Of a stretch of DNA of 41,796 nucleotides, positions 24,728-37,380 are shown piece by piece. Below the pieces are notes generated by a model, which saw only the letters and a list, made by a program, of their open reading frames with translations, ran no database searches and was not told where the DNA came from. Origin of the DNA: Octopus bimaculoides (lineage: Eukaryota); NCBI RefSeq assembly GCF_001194135.2, contig NC_068987.1, positions 32,549,960 to 32,591,755 of the forward strand, in the 5' to 3' direction. Position 1 is the stretch's first letter. Each line of letters begins with the position of its first letter. Position numbers and translations under genes: made by a program.

Positions 24728-25409
24728 ATAAATATGTTCGTCTGTCCTCCCGCTCTTTCTGTTAATTATTTATTTGTAAATGTACAATTATTTTCGTTTT
24801 ATTGTATACCCAAAAGGTGTTCGTCTGTTGTATGGGTTTAATTCTTGCTTTCTTGTTCTTCTTTTCGTTCTTGTATACATTTGTTTGCTTTTCTCAGAAG
24901 CTTAATGCTTTTAGCTTAATGCTCTGGCGCTTTCCGTATTCGAGCGGTCCCAAGGGTAAAAAAGCGCGAAACTGCTATGACTTTCTGGACACTGAATGAC
25001 GAGGAAATCGGCTTTGAATGGTCCGTGCATTTTGTTTTGTCCAGTTTCCCGTTTGTTATGTTAGTTTGTAGTGGGTAGTTTGTAGAGGAAAAATTATGAG
25101 CCTAAAACTAAAAATGCAATGAAAGTTTTCTTTTAAAAGAACCGTCTGATACGATGTACAATCTTGTTGCAAATTCTGCGACTTATTATAATTATAATTC
25201 CTTAGCATGAAGTAATTTTGAAGAAAATGTTTGTCATTGAGTGGATCCCGCGAAAGACACTCAAAAAACATAAAGTGGATTACACCCCCTACCTATAAAT
25301 GCCCAAACAACTTCATAGTTTCCGTCCATCAAATATCACTCATTAGGCATTGATTAACTCGTCGCCTCAGTGGAATACATCTGGCCAAGATGCTTGCAAT
25401 GCTTTAGAG

Positions 25410-25653
25410 CAGTGTTTCGCAACCACTTTTTACCTTTGAAGTATTTAGATTCCTATCTCCTAGCTATTCAATCGTTAAAAATACTATTATATTCTTCTAA
25501 TTAAATATCATTAGGAATTGTATAAAAGAAAAATTATTAAAACATTTTGTGTATTGAAGAAGTAGAATCAATTTATTGGAAATAGATAAATTTTGGCAAC
25601 AAAATCTTATATTGATACCTACGGGCCATTTGGACCCCTATTGAGAACTACTG
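25410..25653. mobile_element. hAT (Charlie-like) MITE, about 244 bp
   Basis: Imperfect TIRs CAGTGTTTCGCAA / rc CAGTAGTTCTCAA (10/13), close to CAGTGGTTCTCAA. Left flank CTTTAGAG resembles the NTCTAGAN target; no intact TSD. Confidence 0.65.
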
Positions 25654-25654
25654 A

Positions 25655-25664
25655 CGTGTATATG

Positions 25665-25717
<53 letters not shown>

Positions 25718-25915
25718 TGTTTGTGTGTGTGTGTGTGTGTGTATGTGTGTGTGTATGTAGTATACACACACACGCACACATGTCTGTATTATGTACGTCT
25801 GTATGTAAGTATGTATGTATGTGTGTGCATATGTAGTATACACACACATACATACATACTTACATACAGACGTACATACATACAAACGTACATGCATACA
25901 GACACACAGACAGGA
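25655..25915. repeat. Compound TA/GT/TATG/CATA microsatellite
   Basis: Direct reading. Confidence 0.93.
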
Positions 25916-26249
25916 CGGGCTGCCATACAGTTTTCGTCTACTGAGTTCACTCACACAAAACCTTACTCGACTCGTGACTGCAGTAGAAGACATTGACACA
26001 AAGTTCTACATGACTACAAAGTATGCTCTGGGGCTATTGTTTCTTTTCTCTTTTCTTCTTAATTTTACTGTGAATGTGTGGGGTGTAATAGTTCGGATGA
26101 TATTTAGGTTAGGAATTTGATTCTCGGACTGCGGGCTGTATCTTTCAGCAACACTTTATTTCACGTTCCTCCAGTTTACTCAGCTGGCAAAAATGATTTG
26201 TACCCGGAATTCAAATGGCCATCCTAATCACATTCTGTATTACGCTGCT

Positions 26250-26805
26250 CATTAGTTTCACGAGCAGGCTGGAAACAATTTTCGTCTTTACCGACGGAGT
26301 GTCTGTTGCACACATATTACGAATGAAGTGACAGACACAATGAGCAGACCGATCAAAGATAGGCCGGTAGAGTCAGGTCCGTTGCGGAACGGAGGCCAAA
26401 GTCACCGAATTTAACAGGCAGTTTAACCTGTTGCCAACCGGCGCTGTCAAAACTGACATTGCAGATCAATACAACACAGCGCCGGATGACGTCGTCGATA
26501 TCTCTTATGCAGTCTATATGAGGGTGATATGGTGCAATACATAGCGAGAAAAGGATCTCAGGCAGGGCAAAGCAATTCTCCAAGACGAAGAGTGCTGTGT
26601 GCGCGTCACTGTGTTGCAATATCTGTCATCCTGGACAAGTCCGAAAGTTTGATATACAGGCAATCGGTTATTACTTTCAGGAGGGTTGGAGAGTCAAGAA
26701 TGCAGACGGCGTCCCCTATTGTTGGCCGATCCCCCGCCAACACGGACTGGATGCGGAGCGTTTCACCTCCAGGTCTTCTTTGAGGTAAGCTAGTCCATCT
26801 CATTT
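26250..26805 (-). mobile_element. CRE-clade-like non-LTR retrotransposon RT fragment
   Basis: AHTALFVLENCFALPEILFSL..IDDVIRR..ICNVSFDSAGWQQVKLPVKFGDFGLRSATDLTLPAYL matches the AHxALxLLRxC..WxQAxLPVxxGGLGxR pattern; upstream PTIGD..CI. Confidence 0.7.
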
Positions 26806-26929
26806 GAGGTTGTATGGTAGGTCATCAGGAAGATAGTACTTCCTCAGGAGCTTAATTCCAACACGTAGGATATAGTCTTCTTCACTTTTCAGTGCTAATT
26901 TAATGTATTTATTTTACTGCTGTTGTTTA

Positions 26930-27990
26930 GCATGTGCCGTCTGAGAGAGACATTCGAAGGCTGTCTGTATTCCTCTCAAGCCCCTACCTCCTTTATCTCT
27001 TCTTAGATAGTCTGTCGATATCACTATTTTTGTGGAGATTTTCAGTGGATGTTAGAAAGAATCTTATGGGTTTTGATGTCTATGGAGTAGATATCTTCTA
27101 CAAACCAGTCGAGTATCCCAAGTGTTGGAATTAGCACTGGTACTGCAAGTGCATTGTGAGATATTGCCTTGGTGTTAAAGGAGAGTTTAGACTGCTATAT
27201 TTTTCTTAGTTTGGTGTAATATTCTTAGGTCACGCTCTTTATTCACAGCACCTTGGTATGACATATTTTCCTCAATGCAATTGTAGCATTCCTTGTTTGA
27301 GACAGTAGAGATAGTAAGACCATTTATGCACCGGTTTTCTGTTTCGGGACTGAGCTTTCCCGTTCAACAATTAAATAAAAATATTCTCTGGCCAAATTCC
27401 ATTCTTATGTTAGCTGAAGATGTTATCAATTCCAGTTGTTTTTGGCATTGTTAACATTTTTAGCATAAATGTTAAGGTCATCCCCACAAAGAAATTATCG
27501 TCTACATTAATATCTATGGCAACTGCAGAGCCTCGCATGTAACAGTTTTTTTTTTGTAGCAGTAATGATAATGAATTTAACTCCAAAATGAACAGATGTA
27601 CAGAGAAACTATCTCCCTGGAACATTCTGTTTCAAAGTTTTATGAAATTGAAGATGGTCGTTTCACTCTCTGTTCTATTGTGAGTGTTGCGGCCCAGGTC
27701 TTTGTGGGACACTACATGACAGCAATTAAGGTAGCAGGCACTTTCGCCAAATGGAGGCTTTTCAGCAGCTACGAGTGGGAAATAGATTCAAATGCCTTCC
27801 TACAATCAAGCCATACTGCTGTAAGGATACTACGATGTTTTTTTTCAATCCGGCACATACCCTCACTCCCTTCTTTTCACCCGCCTGCTTATCAATTACT
27901 ATGATCCTGGATGAATTAGTTGAGGCAGCTTGTGTACAGTTTGTACATAATGTTTAAGCAAGCAATGGGCCTGTAGTTTTCAGGCACTCG
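26930..27990 (-). mobile_element. R4/Dong-clade non-LTR retrotransposon RT fragment
   Basis: AVWLDCRKAFESISHS*L; MFQGDSFSVHLFILELNSLSLLL; a frameshifted FFVxDL motif; thumb NALAVPVLIPTLGILDW..IDIKTHKIL..SDIDRL..GGRGL. Confidence 0.8.
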
Positions 27991-28043
27991 GTGGTTTCAT
28001 TCTTGGCGACAAGATTCATTCATGCTGCAGCAAGCCAATTTGG

Positions 28044-28240
28044 TATGTATGTATGTATGTATGTATGTATGTATGTATGTATGTGTGTATGCATGTATGT
28101 TATGTATGTATGTATGTATGTATGCATGCAAGTATGTATGTAAGTATGTATGTATGTATGTATGTATGTATGCAAGTATGTATGAATGTATGTATGTATG
28201 TATGTATGTATGCATGTATGTATGTGTATGTATGCATATA
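28044..28240. repeat. (TATG)n microsatellite
   Basis: Direct reading. Confidence 0.97.
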
Positions 28241-28259
28241 TAATAGTTTCTCTTGAAGG

Positions 28260-29450
28260 CATCTATTATTCAAGGATAAACTTTGGAGGATCTGAAGTGA
28301 CATAGTAGCAATGGGGCGTTACTTCAATTAAATGCTTTTTTGCTGTGGCTGAAGATTTGTGGCTGAAGATTTGTGAACCTATATTTGAGAGGCAAGTATA
28401 ACTAACTTTGAAAGTGTTTGTATTGTATATTTTGAGATATTTCTCGAAACTTGGGAAGTAGTTACCTTTTTGTGTGAGAAAGCGTCTCACTGTGTCTGTC
28501 ACTTCTTTTATAATGTGGTAAATGTGTGTGTAACAGGCCCTCCTTCGGTTACTACGACGACTGCACCAACCTGTTCGTGATGTTAACGTGCAAATGGCTT
28601 AACAACCCACAGTCACGCGTACCCATAATGTAGTTCTCAGGGAGATACAGTGTGACAAAGAATGTGACAAGGCAAGGACTACACATTTTTCGAAGACAAA
28701 AACTATTCCTTTTTTGCCAACTGAATGGATTGGAGCATCATGCAATAAAGTACATTGCTCAAGGACACCGGACTCACGACCTTACGATCATGAGCCGAAT
28801 ACCCTGACCACGAAGTCATGCGCCTTCACTATAATATATACACGTTCACATATATCACAGGCACACACACAACACACGACAGTACGAACACACACAACAA
28901 ACACACACACACACATGCACACACACATATACACACATTATGTAGCTGTTTGGACGGTCAAAAAGTCACCATTGTTTTCACGTCTATTATTGCACTTAAC
29001 AATACAAGCAATACAGCAGACTACTGGCCGGAATCACATAACCTCCTTACAAATGGACGTAAAAATTAGTCTTGGTCAGCTTGGTGATGAAAAAACCCCC
29101 AAAAAACCCTGAAACTAAATCTTTATAAACGATGACTCCTTCTGGGAGACGGAGTTAGATCCCCTTGAACAGTTGCAGTTGTGTCCAAAAAAAAAAAAAA
29201 TCATATTTTCTATTCGCTAATCAACAAATAGGGTAGCGTATGTTTCTAATACGAACTTTTATCAGGAAGGCACCAACCAGAAACTTAACTTTTTGAGTTT
29301 AAGAAGGCACCTCATCAAGGAAATTTTTAAGGATACTTGCCCACGCGGACGAACACAGTTTGCCTCACCTGCTTGCATTGAGGTATGGTCCAGATTCCGG
29401 GAAGTTCTATTTAATTCTATATGGTGCTCCCTCTTTGAAACGACATATGT
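28260..29450 (-). mobile_element. Decayed, internally deleted Penelope-like element, interrupted by a SINE and CA repeat
   Basis: VFVRVG (shared with the copy near 8310); PRLIFTSICKEVM*FRPVVCCI (PRLYGLPKIHK..RPIVS-like, about 29040-28990); KIYNTNTFKVSYTCLSNIGSQIFSH (KIFNRNTVKVSYSC-like linker). Confidence 0.65.
28575..28829 (-). mobile_element. tRNA-derived CORE-type SINE
   Basis: Reverse complement starts GTGAAGGCGCATGACTTCGTGGTCAGGGTATTCGG (tRNA-like head), then GTGTCCTTGAGCAATGTACTTTATT (CORE-like motif). Confidence 0.8.
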
Positions 29451-29714
29451 AGAGGGCCAATACCGTAAAGTTGTGCCCCTCTAGGATTCTAAATGACGAC
29501 CTTTATTTAGTCGTAACGCGAACAGGAAACTCAGTTGCCCCAACGTATTCCTTCTGCTGCTGTTGTCGCTGCCGCTACCGCTAGTGATGCATCGACCTCC
29601 TACTGGGTCCTCGCTCGTAACCCTACATGAGCATCCTACCTCTGTGTGGGATTTAGGGGAATCCACTGAACTCCTTTTTACACTGGGCGCACAACTGAAC
29701 GGACCCTTAAGGTG

Positions 29715-31556
29715 TGTCTATTAAATAACCGCTTTCCATGTGCTGAGTGAGACAGTTAAGGAGGTTTCTTGTGAGTATGTTGCAAGCTATAGCAAGAAAC
29801 TAGATTCCTCGGTGGTTGTTACAGGACAGCCTCTTTCCTTTTGTCTTGCTGAGATGGGCAATAGAAGCATCCTTGAGCCCCTGATAAACAATTTCCTGCT
29901 ATCACATAGTAGAGCAGATTGGTGATCTCCTGTGCCAAGACTGGTCCCTCAGCCTTCTATATCTCAGCTGGGATGGAGTCAGTGCTTTGCATTTGAGGGA
30001 AGTTTGCTTTGTAGACATATATTTCTATTGGAGGCTCTGATAGTAAAGTATTGACGTCAACTTGGAACATACGAGCAATGGCCTTATCGTTGATAGAGGA
30101 AGACCTGTCCAGGACGTTAAGTGCTGTATCCAGCTTTGGAGGATTGCATTTTTGTCATTGGGGAGAGTGATCCTGTCTCACTACGCTATGGTGATGTTCC
30201 AGAGGACTGTGGCCGCTAGATGGCTTTCATAGCATCGTAAAAGCACTTGAAGTTATTGTGGTCAGCATACTTTAGTATCTCATCCGCCTTGTTGCTGAAC
30301 CAGGAATCCATCTCTCTGAGATTTACCTGCACTTTGTTTTTCGTGGTATTGTAGACTACTTCCTTGAAAGCCAATGTGCTGACTTGCTTAGAGACTCTGT
30401 AGGCTTCATACTTCTCATCTAGCAACTTCTGAATTCCTCAGTGTTGCTGTCGAACAAGTCTTGGTGCCTACGTGTGTTTTGGCTCTGATGAATGAGTGTA
30501 GTGTTGTACACTATAACTCTGAAGACTGGCCAGTCCTCTTTTCCCTTTGTACCAATGTCGAGTTGGCTCAACGTGCTGCCCACCTCTTCTCTGAGGGCTT
30601 GACTAAACGCCAGGAAAATGGAACGACACGATTGCCGTTACAATTTATTGCGGTTTAGTCGCTTGTTGGCCGGTTTCATTTGTGGTTACCGCTTGGACTG
30701 GAAATGCATGTCGAGTTTTTCGGGGACGAGTCTGTGATCTGTCCAGTATTCTGCACCACGCATGACCTTTGTCAACCTAACATTCTGCTGTCCCATCTTC
30801 TGATTAGGACATGGTCAATTAGATGCTAATGTTTGCTTCATGGATGCATCGAGGTATGTCTTTGCGGTTGGCAAGCAAAACATTGTTTTGCTAATCAGCA
30901 GGTCATGCGCTGCACAGGTCTTCGACATTAGAAGACCGTTGCTGTTGCTCCTGCCAACTCTGTTTCGCTTAAGACTTCACCCCATGTCTGGTAATCTGTA
31001 CAAATTCTGGTGTTGAAGTCTCCGAGATCGACGAACTTGTCCTCCTTAGGCACGGCTGCTATGATGGTTTCGAAGTCTTAATGAAACTTGTTTTTGACTT
31101 CTTAAGTGTTTGTCATGGTGGGGACGTTGACACTGACGATGGCGCTTTTGTCTGAGGGGTAACTGCAGTTGGCCTTTCAGTTCCTTCAGCAGGCTGGTTA
31201 ACTTGCTGATCACAGATTCTTGCTTCATGACATTCTTCACTACTGCGGCCATTCCAGAGGAAGGCGTAACCTGTTTTGAACTCAGTTAATGAATGACCAT
31301 TGTCTTCTAGCCTGGTCTTGCTCAGAGTTGCAATGTGGATTTTGTTCTGCCGAGTCTCTCAGGTCTGTTTGCTTTGGAGCTGTCCATAAGCCGTTCCCAC
31401 ATTCCATATGATAATGGTGAGCGATGTCACCGAAGTGTTCGTTTTATTGTTTCGACCTCTTCATTGGGTGAGGTGAAGCGATTTTAGGGCATCTTTTCTA
31501 GCCCCTTCCACGGGCCAGCGGGGTGAGCAGAGCAATCCTAGTGAAGGCAATCCTCA
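29715..31556 (-). mobile_element. RTE/BovB-like LINE pseudogene: part of 5' UTR, APE domain and RT start
   Basis: ITIWNV; LQLPLRQ; DKFVDLGDFNTR; KVQVNLREMDSWFSNKADEILKYADHNNFKCFYDAMKAI; DSIPAEI; KDASIAHLSKTKG..CNNHRGI. Truncated inside the RT. Confidence 0.85.
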
Positions 31557-31559
31557 GAT

Positions 31560-31879
31560 ATTATTTGTTAAATGACAAGTGGCCACCTCAAAATCCCGAT
31601 CTCAACCCTGTAGAAAACGTTTGGAAGATTATTGGAGATGGGTCGCGAAGGAGAAATCTAAATAACCAAGATGATCTCTGAGAATTATTGAAAAACGAAT
31701 GGAACAATATTACTCTATCATTTTGCAAGAAATTAATTCAGTCCTGTGGTAACAGATGTCAGGAGGTCATCGGGAGTAAAGGGATGTTCACAAAATATCA
31801 ATAGTAAGGGTTTCGTTTTTGTTCTTATTTCATTTTTCATTGTTTTTCTAAGTGACCCTTAACTTTTGGCCATTGCAGT
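31560..31879 (+). mobile_element. Tc1 transposase C-terminus and 3' TIR
   Basis: KWPPQNPDLNPVENVWKII..NEWNNI..CKKLIQS..RCQEVIGSKGMFTKY; ends CTTAACTTTTGGCCATTGCAGT. Confidence 0.85.
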
Positions 31880-32229
31880 TTGGAAGATTATTTGTGTATC
31901 TCCTTGTAACTTATGAAATGTTTATTCCATTGACTTTGAATTTTCACGAAAGATAGATATTAGAGATATCTAGATATGTGTAAAATATCAATATCTAGTC
32001 TCAACGTTAATCTATATTAATCTTCTATAATAAATATTTCAATATACTTCTTACTGACCCCTATATTATGGCCGCTATTGTATGTATCTTTGTATATGTA
32101 TATGTGTTTGTGTTTATGTTTAGCAATGTAAACAAGTGCTTCATGTTGTGTCTCGTTAGTTCAAACTGTATGTCATTCAATATTTATGAATAAAACATAC
32201 ACCAGGCTTACATCCGTATTGACTTCAAT

Positions 32230-33420
32230 ACAATCAACTGAAACTCTTGAAGGCTTCCAGTGTGGCCGTTGACCAATTAGCGCAAATGAATAAAAAATGC
32301 AAGATAAACATCAAAATGTACATAAAGAAAAAAGCCCTTTCAGAGAACCGCATACATTTAGTGAACTCTGAGAAGTGAACTATTACGGCTTGGACCGTCT
32401 CCGAACAAGAATGTTTAAATTTTTTTATGGAAGAGAATTTATAAAATAAACTAAATTTCTTCATAAAAATATGTAATTAAAGGTTCCATAAAACAACTAA
32501 AAGTTTTTATTTAAATAAATAATGAATGATTAAAAGATTAAATGTGATTAACTTACTAAACTAGACAAGTAAACTATTAAATATGGCATCTCATTGGCTC
32601 TGTGGACGCCAATGTTCGCGTCTACGCATGATAAAACAAACTAGCAAATACAAATAAACAATAGGTAATGACAATTGAAGCTGACATGAAATCTTCGCTA
32701 GAGGAACAAATAGACAGACGTAGTCCTATGGGGAAAGAATTTTTCCTAATTTTCCTATTGAGTATGTTATTGATTAAGAGTGGCGTGTTAGCATAAATAT
32801 TAGATCGCTGGAGAAAAATAGTTTGCAGAGATAACGGTGTCCTAAACAAAGGCGGGGCTCTACTATTCCGATGAAAATTGCTTTGTCCTACCCGCTAACA
32901 AGAAAGGCTCTATGCAGTCATATGTTATACTAGAAATAGCAGTCAAACATCGCTTATATCACTAGCTGCACCCTTTTAAAGGAATATTACATAATGCACT
33001 GCCAAATACGCTATTCCTAAGAAGAAAGTTGGGATAGCTATGATGGGAATGCATTTGGTTAGGTTTGTTGGATCTGAGAATATCTGGGATTTATCTAGGG
33101 ATTCAGCACTTTTAATTCAGAAACCAATGTGAGATCTTCTACCTGTCAATACATATGCTAGTAATAGCAAATAAATATTCATAAATATAATATATAAAAA
33201 AATATCCTAATGTCTTAAAATTGGAAGTACGCAGATAATGTAGTCTTAGATACAAATAAACAACCACAATTCTCGTGGCTGGAATCATAGATCAGCTTGA
33301 ATGGCAGTGTTGGTTTTGGAGGTTGAGTTATATAGCATTACTTTGCTTTATATCGGACGCTAAAACTGTACTTATAGTCATTGGTGTTCAGACTCTCACA
33401 GACTGGTGTAGAGTCAGGAC
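32230..33420 (+). mobile_element. Decayed Penelope-like N-terminal region and RT
   Basis: DNGVLNKGGALL (PADKGG-like), YAIPKKK..HLVRFVGSENIWDLSR (YALPKIHK/RPIVS-like), VLVLEVELYSI (motif A-like). Confidence 0.5.
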
Positions 33421-33649
33421 TGGACAAAAGTAATATGGTATAAATGTTTAATTAGAAGTATTGAACATTTATAGATTGAGGAGTGGGAACCATGGTGGTA
33501 GGTATAATTAACTATTATTGATATACAGTGTATTTTAGTATAATGTTAGTAGAAATGGATAGCAAGTAAGATAAATAGATAGCGAGATATGAGATAGAGA
33601 ATATAGTGAAAAATTGAAGAATATGTTTAGATACTTAGGATATTTATAT

Positions 33650-33788
<139 letters not shown>

Positions 33789-34239
33789 GATATATATACT
33801 ATATACTTCTTTAATGAGAGAATGAGTGCTTAATATTATTGTAGAGTATATTTATCTCTGCCAAGCTGGCTATTGATTTTGTCACTACTGAGTGTTTTAT
33901 GCTCGTTTTAAACACTTTAGCGACTTGTTTGTGCCAGAACTCACTACTTGATGAACAGTATATTATTTTTCATTGAGCTCATTGTAGATTATGTGAGTAC
34001 GTGCTACTATAATCTAAATAGGTGTAACATTTTCTTATTGTTTCTAGCGTGGAGGGTGTAACTCTAGAGATTTACATGATTTACAGTATTATAAAAAATA
34101 TTTAAAATTCAGTAGAACTCAAGATAATTTACAATAATAATGCTGGTTACATTGTAGATTACTTAAGAAGAATTGTAGTTTTATACGAGAATCCAGTGAT
34201 TGTTTTCTCTCCCCACCTTTAGATGTTACCTGTTGGCAT

Positions 34240-34600
34240 TAATAAATGAATTTTTCAGCAATGCATTGTTTAGATGTAAATGAAATCTTACGTATGACAT
34301 ATCTTTTTTGACAATAATCTATTTTATTTGAACGTAGTCAATTGTTATATTTTTGAGTTACAAGATGCTTTTCAGTTTGAAGGAAAATATGTGTTCTGCA
34401 TACTAGATTCTACAGATCTTCCCCGTGGCTCTATAAAGGCCATTTCAATACCATCTGCTGTTGTTACTGCAGCTTCATACAACGTGCCTTCAGTAATAAT
34501 TCACCCTCCCAACAGATTTAATCAACTGTGGGAATTCATTAACCAGTTTGCTCAATGGGAAATAACTACTCAAGGCGTGAATTGTATATAACTCTATACA
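34240..34600 (-). mobile_element. Decayed PLE GIY-YIG module
   Basis: LNLLGG*IITEGTLYEAAVTTADGIEMAFI (CPLxGxCLTESxVYEATVTT-like), SKI*QL, TFK*NRLL, SKQCIAEKFIY. Confidence 0.6.
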
Positions 34601-34616
34601 GATTGAAATATTTAAT

Positions 34617-34690
<74 letters not shown>

Positions 34691-34739
34691 GTCTATCTAT
34701 TTATGGGGTTGTTGGTATGCATGTATACGCATACCTATA

Positions 34740-35475
34740 GTTACTTTATATATCGTTTTAGAGGAGGAGACGCGTAAACAAATTGATGTATAAACAACAA
34801 TATCCAAATAATAAAGCCAAGAAGAAGGAATAGAAAAAAGTATGATAAAATGATAGGGGTGGGTGAAGGAATGATAGTTAAATAAATAAGATGATGGTAG
34901 TAAAATGTTAGCGAGATGGGGTGAGTGCGAAAAAGAGAAAATATGAAATAAGACAGACGTAAGAGAGAGATATAGGAAAGGGCCGATACTGGAGATACTG
35001 ATAGATAAAACTGGGTATTCTGAATGAAAGATAAAAATGTGAAAAATATGTAAGAAGTCAGATGAGAGACTGGGAAATATAATGAGATATTAGGACAAAA
35101 TGACGGCAAAGGAGTCTAAGGAAACGTGAGTGAACCAATGAGAGAGGAAGGGGTTCAATAGTGAGAGAACAAATGAATGAGTAGAAATAAAAATTAAAGA
35201 AGTAAATAAGAAAGAGAAAGATTTGAGCAAGGAAGCAAAGAGATAAACAGACCGGAGGATTATTAATAACAAATGAGAGGGGTAAGTAAAACAGGAAAGA
35301 TGTTTAGAAGGTTTGAAAGAGAGATTTGAGGACAATGAAAGACGAAACTGAAAATAGAAGGAGAGAAAAATAATGGAGAGGAGAGAAGAGGTTAGAAAGA
35401 GAGAGATTTTGAGGAAAAGAATTAAAGAGATAAAAAGACAGAGATATAAGAATGATGAAATAAGTGTGTGTGTGA

Positions 35476-35531
<56 letters not shown>

Positions 35532-35740
35532 GATGTGGTTAAACATAGTGGGAGAGAGTGGTGTGTGAAGAGAAAACAAGATAGATAAAAGAGAGAAAGG
35601 AGAGATAAGAGACATTGTGAGAGAAAGGATAGATAAGAAGCACTGTGAGTGGAAAAAAGTGAGATGAGAGAGAACTGAAAGAAAGAAAGAAAAAAATTGA
35701 AAGAAATGAGACTTATCATATACCTTAACAAACTTCCCCA
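34740..35740. repeat. Purine-rich (GA/AG) low-complexity tract containing GT/GA microsatellites
   Basis: Strong A/G skew on the plus strand; the long minus-strand L/S/F-rich ORFs arise from the lack of stop codons. Confidence 0.8.
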
Positions 35741-36161
35741 ACAGATCAATTCATGGTGTCATCCAGAAGACTGGCGTATATAAGATTCCCTTAGGAAATG
35801 GAAATGTTAAAATTGTTTTTCTCTCTATATGCCTGTGTATATATTACAGTATATATGTGTTTTATATGTTATGTTTATATGTGTGTACACAGAAGTATGT
35901 TTGTGTATGTCCTCTCCTGTTGGTCGACAACAAGCTAAAACCTCAAGGGAAATTATACATAGGTAATATTATAAACACAGCTATGATGACACACAGACGA
36001 ATGTCACTTTGTTTATCTTTTTATCTTTGTTTTCTGTGTCTGACTGTCTATCTGTATGTCTCTTTGTCTGTGTTCGTGTGTTATGTCATTCCTAAATACC
36101 TGTGTTGCATATATAATATTGTTTGAAATGTCGAGAATAAAACGATTCTGTCTATGTTGAC

Positions 36162-36162
<1 letters not shown>

Positions 36163-36205
<43 letters not shown>

Positions 36206-36397
36206 CATAATGGTTTCAGTTCTAGTCGAAGGCCAGCAAATTTAGGAAAAGGTTCAATCTTAACTGAGGCTTCTTTCCTCAATACCTTAAAGAGGGAAGG
36301 CAAAGTTGATCTCGGCCGGATTTAAAGTTTGAAGAAATGCTGCCACGTTGCTAAGCACTTTCGTCCGGTGTGCTAACGATTCTGCCAGCAAGCCACC
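36163..36397 (-). mobile_element. tRNA-derived SINE with (ATT)n tail
   Basis: Head GGTGGCTTGCTGGCAGAATCGTTAGCACACCGGACGAAAGTGCTTAGC on the minus strand; (AAT)n at 36163-36211 forms the 3' tail. Confidence 0.8.
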
Positions 36398-36424
36398 AAT
36401 GATAAAAATAATAACATAACCTCT

Positions 36425-36520
36425 GCCGCCACCTCAACCACGACGACGACCACCACCAGGAACACCATCACGATTACCATGACCACCACGACTACCACGA
36501 CCACGACCACGACCACGAAT
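36425..36520. repeat. Degenerate (ACC/ACG)n trinucleotide repeat
   Basis: Direct reading. Confidence 0.85.
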
Positions 36521-36761
36521 ATCCCCCCACCCCACCATTACGAAAACCAACATATATATATATGAAAGACAGAAGATGGAATATACGAGAATTTATTATA
36601 TATATTTGCCATATACATAACAATCACTGTGAATTGACCGTGCTTTTCCAGTAAGCTACCAGGTGTAAATANNNNNNNNNNNNNNNNNNNNNNNNNNNNN
36701 NNNNNNNNNNNNNNNNNNNNNNNNNNNNNNNNNNNNNNNNNNNNNNNNNNNNNNNNNNNNN

Positions 36762-36800
<39 letters not shown>

Positions 36801-37314
36801 ATGTGTAAAAACAGATGAAATGCCGCTATGCATTTTGTCCCGCATTTTAAGGATTCCTTATATATTTGGCATTGGGACGGCTTATGAGGACATGAACTTT
36901 AAAAAAAGACTAAGCAGAACAACGAATTCTTTCATTTCATTCTTTCCTTATTTAACAAGGGCAAATCCTGGATTACTCTGGCGGCCAAGGACAACTTCCC
37001 TCAGTATGTTTTCCAGCTTACAGGTGTATTCTGAAAGTACGCTCTTTTACTTCTCTTACCAATCTTTCAAGACATTCAAATAAAGAGTAACATCTCTCAT
37101 GCGTGTAGCTGTTATCCCGTGTCGGTAATTCACAATAGAAGCAATGCGAAGCTGGAATCATAGTTATATCTTTATATATTCATATATATATATAATAATA
37201 TATGAAGAATCCAGAGTAGATAAAGAAACAGATGTATGAGAATTAAACCAAATCCTGACAATTATTTTAGAAACAATGAACGAAGTATGTAACACGTAGA
37301 AACGAAACGAGGTG

Positions 37315-37380
<66 letters not shown>

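Noticed and set aside
24925-24985. GCGCTTT..AAAGCGC stem followed by GAAAC
   Set aside because: No CTGANGA before the stem and no GTH triplet after it.
31440-31556. Possible HDV-like ribozyme at the RTE 5' end
   Set aside because: The element appears 5'-truncated at the Tc1 junction and I could not build the nested double pseudoknot.
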